This document shows, one piece after another, positions 57,132 through 64,000 of a DNA stretch of 64,000 nucleotides (position 1 is its first letter; each line of letters begins with the position of its first letter). The notes under the pieces are model-generated. The model did no database searches, had not been told where the DNA came from, and was given only the letters and a program-made list of their open reading frames with translations. This DNA comes from an uncultured virus (IMG/VR IMGVR_UViG_3300037882_001470) (lineage: Duplodnaviria > Heunggongvirae > Uroviricota > Caudoviricetes), in the IMG/VR virus record IMGVR_UViG_3300037882_001470; one strand, 5' to 3'. Made by a program: the position numbers and the translations under genes.

Positions 57132-57940
57132 TGTATTTTCCTTCCTGTAACTCGAGCGTGCTCATCGAGCACGCTAATTGCCATATCGCAATATGTCTTA
57201 TCGATATCGAACCCTACGAATCTGCCAGCGCCGCAATTGATCGCAGCCTTCCCGGTAGTTCCGGTCCCGTTGAATAAGTCGACCACTGTCGAAGTGTCGC
57301 CTACGCCCGAGAGGCGAAGGCACATCTCTGCGAGTCCTACCGGGAATGTCGCGGGATGTGCCTTTCGATTTTGAATCGTCTCGTATGGGACAAACCAGTT
57401 GTTGCCACGGCAGCGTAAATCACCTTTATTCCCGGCGAACCTCTTGATGTTGCTCTTGTCTCGAAACGGAACGCCTACGGCCAACCTGTTAATCGGGGAC
57501 TTCCCTATAAGCGTGAGGTGAAACACATACTCGTGGCAGTCATTTACGAATCGAGGACTGTTCAACGGCTTGAAATGCCCTTTTGTCATATAACCAGTTT
57601 CTGTTGGTAACGAGATACTCTTGATCCAGTGGAACGTATTCTGCAGCACGAACCCGTTCATCACGAGCGCTGGGATCAGTTCGAATGGCAGCATCGGGTT
57701 TGTCGGAGACGTTCCGATGTTCAGAAACATCGAACCATACAGCTTTAGGCGGCTACGCATCGCCACGAGACGTTTGGTCAACCATGTAAGGAATTCCTCA
57801 CGGGCTCGTGTGTCGTCATAATGCGCGTAGGCGATTCCAAGATTGTATGGCGGCGACGTCACGATTACGTCGATCGACTCACCGGGGAAGTCAAGTGCGG
57901 CGTCCATGCAGTCTATGTTGCGGATCTGTAGTTTTGTCAT
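57119..57940 (-). CDS. DNA N4-cytosine/N6-adenine methyltransferase (beta class)
   Basis: TSPPY near the N-terminus; HPATFP and DLFNGTGTT near the C-terminus. Confidence 0.92.
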   Translation of the reverse strand: MTKLQIRNIDCMDAALDFPGESIDVIVTSPPYNLGIAYAHYDDTRAREEFLTWLTKRLVAMRSRLKLYGSMFLNIGTSPTNPMLPFELIPALVMNGFVLQNTFHWIKSISLPTETGYMTKGHFKPLNSPRFVNDCHEYVFHLTLIGKSPINRLAVGVPFRDKSNIKRFAGNKGDLRCRGNNWFVPYETIQNRKAHPATFPVGLAEMCLRLSGVGDTSTVVDLFNGTGTTGKAAINCGAGRFVGFDIDKTYCDMAISVLDEHARVTGRKIQWEN

Positions 57941-58893
57941 TCGATGCCTATTCCACCATCAGCGTTTACGTAAAGACTGACTCCCTCACTATACGCATGA
58001 GACGCTTCCGTAAGTCCGTCAGCTACGCCTTTTTCATATTTGCGATCCCAGAACCCGGTTCCACATCGTGTCCGTGTAAGCCAGAAGTCGTGTCCGTTTT
58101 GGTCAGGCTGTCCGGCACGTTTAAGCAGTTCCGCATTTTCCGTCTGAAACTTCTCGCAGTCGGCTATAATAACCTTCAGTGCTTTTTGGGATAGGTCGTC
58201 AGCGGTGTAATGCGTCTCCAGGTTCGTGTCGTCATTGTAGTTTACCCACACACGTTCTACCTCGGCGGGATCGGTCCATTTCTCTTTAACTAGACGCGTA
58301 TATGCTGCGCGCCACGCTTCGAAGGTATCATCAAAGGCGACGTGAGCTGAGAGCGCACTTTCGAATCCGTTATCGTGACTAAAGACATACTTACCGGCTA
58401 GATGTTGCCATAGTGGACCCACGTCGTCCGGCAATTTCGCCACCGCATACCCGGCGCGTTCAGCGTCACGCTTCATGTTGTCGAACGTATCAACCGACGT
58501 CCACAACGCGGCTGTGATGTATGCACGAGTAAACTCGTCGAGATCGCACCAGTCGATGTGACCTTCGGGCGTAATGCATGTAGCGCCGGGAACACGGGTA
58601 ATCACCTTGGACACAGCGTCTCCCCTGTTACCCGCGCGTACAAACACTTCGACCTCGTCATTGTATGCGCACCATATCCACTCACCTTTCTTTGACTGTC
58701 CAAAATACGCGCCACCTTCCAGGTAATCACCGTCAACCCACCGACACCGTTCCAGCGTAAGTTCAACGGGAGCGTTGACGTCGTCTGGTAGACAATTCGG
58801 AATACCCATTCGCGCCCCAGTACACACGCGTTCATTTTTCTCATTGTAGAAGCCTGTGCTTCCATCTCGCTGCCAAGGTTTAAGTTTTGCCAT
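57937..58893 (-). CDS. Phage hypothetical protein
   Basis: 318 aa; AYITAALW and GHDFWLTR..CGTGFWDR motifs, which I recall from phage early proteins of unknown function. Confidence 0.65.
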   Translation of the reverse strand: MAKLKPWQRDGSTGFYNEKNERVCTGARMGIPNCLPDDVNAPVELTLERCRWVDGDYLEGGAYFGQSKKGEWIWCAYNDEVEVFVRAGNRGDAVSKVITRVPGATCITPEGHIDWCDLDEFTRAYITAALWTSVDTFDNMKRDAERAGYAVAKLPDDVGPLWQHLAGKYVFSHDNGFESALSAHVAFDDTFEAWRAAYTRLVKEKWTDPAEVERVWVNYNDDTNLETHYTADDLSQKALKVIIADCEKFQTENAELLKRAGQPDQNGHDFWLTRTRCGTGFWDRKYEKGVADGLTEASHAYSEGVSLYVNADGGIGIE

Positions 58894-58895
58894 AG

Positions 58896-59057
58896 TTATC
58901 GGACCAGTGGTCCATGTTTTGGGGAGCTCTTCTCGATGAATTTACCGCCACTTGTCCATTGGCGCGGTTGCCCACACATGCACGTCCAGCCGCGACGTTT
59001 AACCCAGTAGGCCATGTGACCGCAGACGCATTGGAAAAGTTTCGTCTCTGCGTTCAC
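58896..59057 (-). CDS. 53 aa Cys-rich (CxC...CxC) zinc-ribbon-like protein, below the ORF-track cutoff
   Basis: GTG start overlapping the upstream stop; MNAETKLFQCVCGHMAYWVKRRGWTCMCGQPRQW...; fills the gap exactly. Confidence 0.55.
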   Translation of the reverse strand: MNAETKLFQCVCGHMAYWVKRRGWTCMCGQPRQWTSGGKFIEKSSPKHGPLVR

Positions 59058-59251
59058 TTTGGGTCGAGCCATAAGTCAATTGATTCTGCTAGACTCTTGT
59101 GATTCTTTAGAGCCCCGCTGTCTTTAAGTCTTAGAAATAGACATACGGCACAGTTCGTGTCGTTCCATATAGTCTTGAGTTTCTCCTTACTATTACCTTT
59201 GCGAGGATTTTTATGTAGCGCGGCTATGTTGCGCAGCGGTGCAAACGTCAT
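59054..59251 (-). CDS. Small basic hypothetical protein
   Basis: Likely start MTFAPL with an ATGA overlap. Confidence 0.45.
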   Translation of the reverse strand: MTFAPLRNIAALHKNPRKGNSKEKLKTIWNDTNCAVCLFLRLKDSGALKNHKSLAESIDLWLDPK

Positions 59252-59685
59252 ATCTGCGAGTTGCACCGGCAATACTCCATAACACGCTCGAAGAATTCAT
59301 CCTTAGTTTCGTCTTCTTCCATCGTATGCGTCAGTCGTTTGAAGTCGCGGTTACCATCCTCCAACCACTTGTCTACTACCCGACAGTGATGCGCCTCAGT
59401 ATCCGTGTCACCCCATGTGGTCATGATGCTGTGCACCTTATCTCGTATTGTGTCGTCGTCCAAGAATTCATGACGAAGAACAGCCCGTGTTTCGACCGGG
59501 TGTAGGATGTAGCTCGGCGTCAGCTCACACATATACGTATGGCTGTTTCTGTCGAACAGCCATACTCCTTCAATCATCTCAATGTATTGGCGTATCTCCG
59601 GAATATTCCAATGCTCAAGGTTCTGATTGATTACGATTACGTGATAGTCTGGGGTGATTTGTTTTTCTTCAATGTCCGATTCCAT
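59248..59685 (-). CDS. Hypothetical protein
   Basis: Likely start MESDIEE, just after the upstream stop. Confidence 0.55.
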   Translation of the reverse strand: MESDIEEKQITPDYHVIVINQNLEHWNIPEIRQYIEMIEGVWLFDRNSHTYMCELTPSYILHPVETRAVLRHEFLDDDTIRDKVHSIMTTWGDTDTEAHHCRVVDKWLEDGNRDFKRLTHTMEEDETKDEFFERVMEYCRCNSQI

Positions 59686-59686
59686 T

Positions 59687-59866
59687 TTATTTTGCGATAG
59701 GCTCACGGACGATCACGTCCTCCAATTTGGCTATCCGCTTTTTACTCCAACCGAGCTTGCGTAAGTAGTTGCGGGCTTCATCCTTCGTCGGGCCTCCCAT
59801 GCATCGAGCTCCGACGTCAGTCATCTTCAGCGTGTCCTTCATTAACTTGGTTAGATCAAGTGTCAT
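59687..59866 (-). CDS. Small hypothetical protein
   Basis: Likely start MTLDLTK; contains MGGPTKDEAR. Confidence 0.5.
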   Translation of the reverse strand: MTLDLTKLMKDTLKMTDVGARCMGGPTKDEARNYLRKLGWSKKRIAKLEDVIVREPIAK

Positions 59867-60464
59867 TTTGTTTTCGACTCGAAACGTAACGCGCAACTAC
59901 TTTAGCCAAAACGCTACTCCGTTCCGTAGAGTTTGCATTAACGCATGGATTTTTGAGATGCTCCGCCTCGGACCAACCGTCAGGTCTATGCATTCGCCAC
60001 CACTTCACCGCGGCTCGTGCTAATTCAATCACAGTCGTAATTGGCCCCGATATGTCATTCTCCGATGCTGCGACTTGATACATCGCATAAGGGTGTTCGC
60101 AATATGCAACAAATCCATGTCGCATATAAAACCTACGTAATCGTTCGATGTGCTCGGCGTCGGTGATAAGGTCATACGGCTGCGCATCGAGCATAATCGG
60201 TAAACGTCTACCAATTGCGCTGCGTTTCCAATGCGCTAGCACCGCGGACAACAGTTGACTCCCAATACCTCTACCTCGGTGCTTTTCGACCACGAACATG
60301 TTATGGACATACCAGTGCGTTGCATACTTCGTAATACCCACCGCGCTATATCGCTTATCTGAGTCTATGTTATTCAGGTCGTGACAGTCGTCCGCGTAAA
60401 GCCAGAGGGAGTTACTCGAGGCCCCTGGTCCCGACGAGATGGTTATTTCTGAAGACTTATTCAT
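59856..60464 (-). CDS. GNAT-family acetyltransferase
   Basis: Motif A FVVEKHRGRGIGSQLL and motif B LRRFYMRHGF. Confidence 0.85.
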   Translation of the reverse strand: MNKSSEITISSGPGASSNSLWLYADDCHDLNNIDSDKRYSAVGITKYATHWYVHNMFVVEKHRGRGIGSQLLSAVLAHWKRSAIGRRLPIMLDAQPYDLITDAEHIERLRRFYMRHGFVAYCEHPYAMYQVAASENDISGPITTVIELARAAVKWWRMHRPDGWSEAEHLKNPCVNANSTERSSVLAKVVARYVSSRKQNDT

Positions 60465-60706
60465 ATTGTTATTCGCGCGGAGGCTCGAACAGCCTCCACT
60501 ACATCCATGGCTAGATCGTTTTTCGCCGAAGCGTGTCCTACAATTTCGCCTATATCCTTGCCTACGCGCTGAAGCAGTCTGATTTGACTGAACTCACAAA
60601 AACCACCATGCCTTACGAGCGCGGCGTCCTCCAACTTATTACAAAGCGCATACGCCTCTTCGTGAGTAAGCGTTACAGAAATAGTTTCTACTTTAGCCTT
60701 GCTCAT
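60461..60706 (-). CDS. Hypothetical protein
   Basis: 81 aa, ATGA overlaps. Confidence 0.55.
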   Translation of the reverse strand: MSKAKVETISVTLTHEEAYALCNKLEDAALVRHGGFCEFSQIRLLQRVGKDIGEIVGHASAKNDLAMDVVEAVRASARITI

Positions 60707-61053
60707 ACGCCTCGTAGTTTCTCCAGTCGCTTCCGGATGTTCTCAAGGTTCGTCTCGATAAGACACAGTTTGTCCGCACTGTTATTCGCGCGAAAGGCGT
60801 GGTCCAGCTCTTCGAGGAACCGGATCTCCAGATGTGGAGGCAACGATACAAGTCCTATAAACCGTTTTCTCTTTCGAGGTCCTAGAGTGTAATACTCCCC
60901 CGTATCTCGGTAATACCAGTCACCGTTTAGTGAATACACTAATTCGTCGTCGAGTTTCGTCCTACCTACGATAGTTCTGATATTGCCGGCTGTATCGATG
61001 TATTGGCTCCCGTCAACGATAGGGATTCTGTCTGTGTCTTTAATTTCCGTCAT
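60703..61053 (-). CDS. Hypothetical protein
   Basis: 116 aa, ATGA overlaps. Confidence 0.55.
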   Translation of the reverse strand: MTEIKDTDRIPIVDGSQYIDTAGNIRTIVGRTKLDDELVYSLNGDWYYRDTGEYYTLGPRKRKRFIGLVSLPPHLEIRFLEELDHAFRANNSADKLCLIETNLENIRKRLEKLRGV

Positions 61054-61601
61054 AGTTTATGCCATATTGAATCAATCCTGATTGCCATAAGTTTTTGCTT
61101 ACCGTCTCGGCTTACTCTCACAATTACGGCACCGTCTCGCTCCGAGCCTTCAAGTGCCATATCGAACTTCGGGAAAGGTCCTCTTGTGTAGTGTGCGAGT
61201 TTTAGGTCATCGGCACTCGGTGAGATCAAAAACGCATCCGACGACGGAGTTATTGGTGTGTTCAGCGCAACGTCCTCTTGAAGTGCCTCGAGCTTCGCTG
61301 CGAATACGCGAGAAAGATCCATCGGTAAATGTGACGCTGCAGCTTCCTCCAGTGTCTCAATAACGAACATTGCAAACTCCACATAGACTCCTACCTCTTT
61401 CGTTACGGCCTTCGACTTTGTTTCGTCGAGCTCTACAAACTGACGTAGCCGGGAGTCCCAGCACAGCCCAAGGTCTTTAGTCGCTTCGACAACATATAGC
61501 GCAATCTCTGAATGACTGACTCCGTTCGATGTCGTTGTGGGTAACCCATCACATCGAACGATGATTGTGTTTAATGCGGCGGCGACTTTATTCTTGTACA
61601 T
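61050..61601 (-). CDS. Hypothetical protein
   Basis: 183 aa coupled ORF. Confidence 0.55.
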   Translation of the reverse strand: MYKNKVAAALNTIIVRCDGLPTTTSNGVSHSEIALYVVEATKDLGLCWDSRLRQFVELDETKSKAVTKEVGVYVEFAMFVIETLEEAAASHLPMDLSRVFAAKLEALQEDVALNTPITPSSDAFLISPSADDLKLAHYTRGPFPKFDMALEGSERDGAVIVRVSRDGKQKLMAIRIDSIWHKL

Positions 61602-61857
61602 CGAGTTTGTATCTGAATGGGTCAGTATCTCGGACCAGCTTTAAGCGATCCGCTACATCCCGAATCTCATCCATAGTAGCTGCGTCCCATTCCGCTGTTC
61701 GTTGCATTATCTCCAAAACCTCGAGTCCCAGAGTCATAAGTGCCGACGAAGCGGTGACCGCTTCATTAATCTTGAACTGTTCATCATGCCATATTATTGG
61801 TAGCTTCGCTTTTTTACCGAGCATAAGAGCCAGAACCCTTCGCGATGTCTGTGTCAT
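61588..61857 (-). CDS. Hypothetical protein
   Basis: Likely start MTQTSRR at an ATGA overlap. Confidence 0.5.
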   Translation of the reverse strand: MTQTSRRVLALMLGKKAKLPIIWHDEQFKINEAVTASSALMTLGLEVLEIMQRTAEWDAATMDEIRDVADRLKLVRDTDPFRYKLDVQE

Positions 61858-63119
61858 TTTGTTACCGGTTTCGTTTCCGTAATCACCGAGCGGTATACAT
61901 CGCAACCGTCGACACGCAACCACGTCGTTACCCAGCCGCGACGCTTGATTTCGTGTTCTACTGTGACGCATTCCATAATAGAGAACCCGGTCGTAGTTTG
62001 CGACTGCGTTACTGACTTCGTATCCCCGTTCCACTTTCCGTAGACGACCGCCTCATGATCTGCGCCATCAATTGTTACACGTTCAGTTGTTACTTGAATT
62101 CCGGGAGAATGGAGCGCAGTTGCGTCCCCAATCAATGCACGGGCCGCAGTAAATACGTCGTCATTACTGAGCTTCTTCAACACGTCGGCTCCTGGATACA
62201 CCAGCCGACACAGTAGAGATGCGATTCTGTGTGTGTGCGCCCCATACATCCTATCGTGTAACTCATCGCGTTTTGAGGTATGCTCTGCACAGATATTTGC
62301 GAGCATATTGGAGATAATATCCAACTTACTAGGAAGGTCATTCCCAGTGCGTGTCATCTCGTCGTATAGCGTCACGACGTCCTCTTCTGCGTCTACGTAA
62401 GCCGAGTAGTCTTTCTGACGCACCCCGCACTCAGGCAATGTCACCCCAAACATGAGCGCGGCGTTCGACACTTCGTAGAAGCTCACGTGGTCTAGATCAC
62501 ATGGAATACCAGAATTTCCGAGGTAGTTCGGCTCCTGAAGTCGCCGAGAATCATGAACGAAGTCGTCATTAAGATCGGTGATGCCGTCTACTTCCGCAAT
62601 TGTTCCATCACGCAGGGTATCACCAACCACAACGTCGCGTCCCTTATAGTCTTTGCGTTCGTGGTCTTCGATCTGGATGAGATGTCCGTATTTACTATCT
62701 ACGAACTCATCCAACGCGTCAGAGCCATTATCAGCATCTACGACGAACAGGTCAGCCTCAAACCCACCCTGCACGGCAATTAACCACAAGTGCTGGCAGT
62801 AATTGTCACCGGGGTTCAGGACGTCTACGCGAACGTTATTGTGTATAATGTAGGTCTTCGCGTATTGCATGTTCGAAACGTCCGTCTCTTTACTAAATTC
62901 GAACTCTACGAACTTGTTGAGCGCCCATGCTTCCTCGGGTGTTCGTAATTTGTCGTCGATCTCCAGAGCCCACTTCCATGGAGCCTCGGTCATATATCCT
63001 TCGACTACGTATTTCTTAAAGTCGTCGAAGTCGTCGAACACTTGTTGTAGGCGGTCGCTAAACCCGTCCTTGTTCGGGTAAAGTTTAACTTTCTTGCACT
63101 GTCTTGTATTTTTAATCAT
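61854..63119 (-). CDS. Acidic hypothetical protein
   Basis: 421 aa ORF; no motif recognised. Confidence 0.65.
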   Translation of the reverse strand: MIKNTRQCKKVKLYPNKDGFSDRLQQVFDDFDDFKKYVVEGYMTEAPWKWALEIDDKLRTPEEAWALNKFVEFEFSKETDVSNMQYAKTYIIHNNVRVDVLNPGDNYCQHLWLIAVQGGFEADLFVVDADNGSDALDEFVDSKYGHLIQIEDHERKDYKGRDVVVGDTLRDGTIAEVDGITDLNDDFVHDSRRLQEPNYLGNSGIPCDLDHVSFYEVSNAALMFGVTLPECGVRQKDYSAYVDAEEDVVTLYDEMTRTGNDLPSKLDIISNMLANICAEHTSKRDELHDRMYGAHTHRIASLLCRLVYPGADVLKKLSNDDVFTAARALIGDATALHSPGIQVTTERVTIDGADHEAVVYGKWNGDTKSVTQSQTTTGFSIMECVTVEHEIKRRGWVTTWLRVDGCDVYRSVITETKPVTK

Positions 63120-63125
63120 GAGGTA

Positions 63126-63371
63126 TCAGGTAGATTCTATCTCAACGGCTGAATTTAGCAGATCGCGTTTGAGACGTTGTCGTGTTCGTTTTTTGAACGC
63201 ACGTTTTGCGTTACGTATCTTTTCTTTTGCACCGGGACGTGATTCACAGTGCTTCGTTTTATCAGTCGGGGTGTCTTTACCTATACCTAAGTTGACGCGC
63301 CCTGCGTGGCACTGTGTCGACAACTTTTCCGTCAGCCCGCCCACCTGTCGCGCATACGGTTTCATTGGCAT
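63126..63371 (-). CDS. Small basic hypothetical protein
   Basis: 81 aa with a K/R-rich C-terminus. Confidence 0.45.
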   Translation of the reverse strand: MPMKPYARQVGGLTEKLSTQCHAGRVNLGIGKDTPTDKTKHCESRPGAKEKIRNAKRAFKKRTRQRLKRDLLNSAVEIEST

Positions 63372-63383
63372 ATCGTAATGGAA

Positions 63384-63965
63384 TTAGTCTTCATGAGGTA
63401 TCAAGTCTTTACTGTTGTAATACCGTTCTGCCGAAAACACAGCTTTAACCCAAGCTGCGTAGTTGCTTTTCCATCGGCGGTCACTTGCAAATCGTTTTAG
63501 CTCCTTTGGAACATATGCGGTTACGTTCAACACATCGTCCAATGGGAACCATTCCGTGTGCATACCTTTCGGGCTTACAGTTTCATATCGACACCAACGG
63601 CGGCTCCAGCGCTCGTATGATGGTTTTTCCCACTCCACAACGACTCCCGGCACGCCAACTACGTCACGCTTACTTCGACTACGCGATTCGATGAAATCGT
63701 GAGACAATCCGCGGTAACCTTTGTATGTAAATGCGTCTGACTCACGACCAGCGCGCACGCGCCTGACTCGGACATACTCTGGGACGCTCGCATTACCGGG
63801 GCGCTGGCGCAGGTCTTCGCACTGTTTAGTCGTTACGATGTCTCCCGGCTTCAATAGCGCGTTCAGCCGTGCCTGATAATCACTCCACTTTTCGAGGTTG
63901 TTCGTGAGGACGTCTTCGTCGTCCCTTACAATCCGAATGCACCTGTTGAAGTCGTCGTGTGACAT
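63384..63965 (-). CDS. Hypothetical protein
   Basis: 193 aa ORF. Confidence 0.55.
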   Translation of the reverse strand: MSHDDFNRCIRIVRDDEDVLTNNLEKWSDYQARLNALLKPGDIVTTKQCEDLRQRPGNASVPEYVRVRRVRAGRESDAFTYKGYRGLSHDFIESRSRSKRDVVGVPGVVVEWEKPSYERWSRRWCRYETVSPKGMHTEWFPLDDVLNVTAYVPKELKRFASDRRWKSNYAAWVKAVFSAERYYNSKDLIPHED

Positions 63966-64000
63966 CAGGCTTATCGGTTCATGTGGGGCAAATACGTCGC

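Noticed and set aside
63116..63403. 13-nt direct repeat TCATGAGGTATCA (63116-63128 and 63391-63403)
   Set aside because: Only two short copies, one within coding sequence; cannot be distinguished from chance.
1..64000. Stop-codon reassignment or tRNA genes
   Set aside because: Genes are intact and tile densely under the standard bacterial code with TAA, TGA and TAG all used as stops; no tRNA-like sequence was seen in the few intergenic gaps.

Overview
The window is a contiguous 64-kb piece of a large myovirus-like (probably jumbo) phage genome. Essentially every credible gene is on the minus strand, and most are coupled by ATGA/TAATG overlaps. In transcription order (right to left) it contains: (1) an accessory region of small genes (64000-53781), including a GNAT acetyltransferase, tandem N4/N6 and C5 DNA methyltransferases and an A1S_2505-like protein; (2) a terminator and a sigma70-like promoter; (3) tail-fibre-like genes and a holin/amidase lysis cassette; (4) a stand-alone C-terminal half of an RNA polymerase beta' subunit; (5) a head module (prohead protease, scaffold, decoration protein, major capsid protein) whose proteins are rich in K-x-A motifs; (6) neck, sheath, tube, spike, a -1 frameshifted tail chaperone, tape measure and baseplate genes. 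Embedded in the baseplate region is the most unusual locus: a Cys-rich DUF5977-like repeat protein, a Cys-rich Pro/Thr mucin-like protein, a five-domain enzyme (three glycosyltransferase-like domains, a SAM methyltransferase and an Erv/ALR-type sulfhydryl oxidase), two further CxxC proteins and a phage sigma factor. This may be a phage-encoded system for disulfide formation and glycosylation of virion proteins. No portal, terminase, catalytic RNAP subunit, tRNA or CRISPR array was recognised. All calls come from reading motifs by eye; no searches were run.
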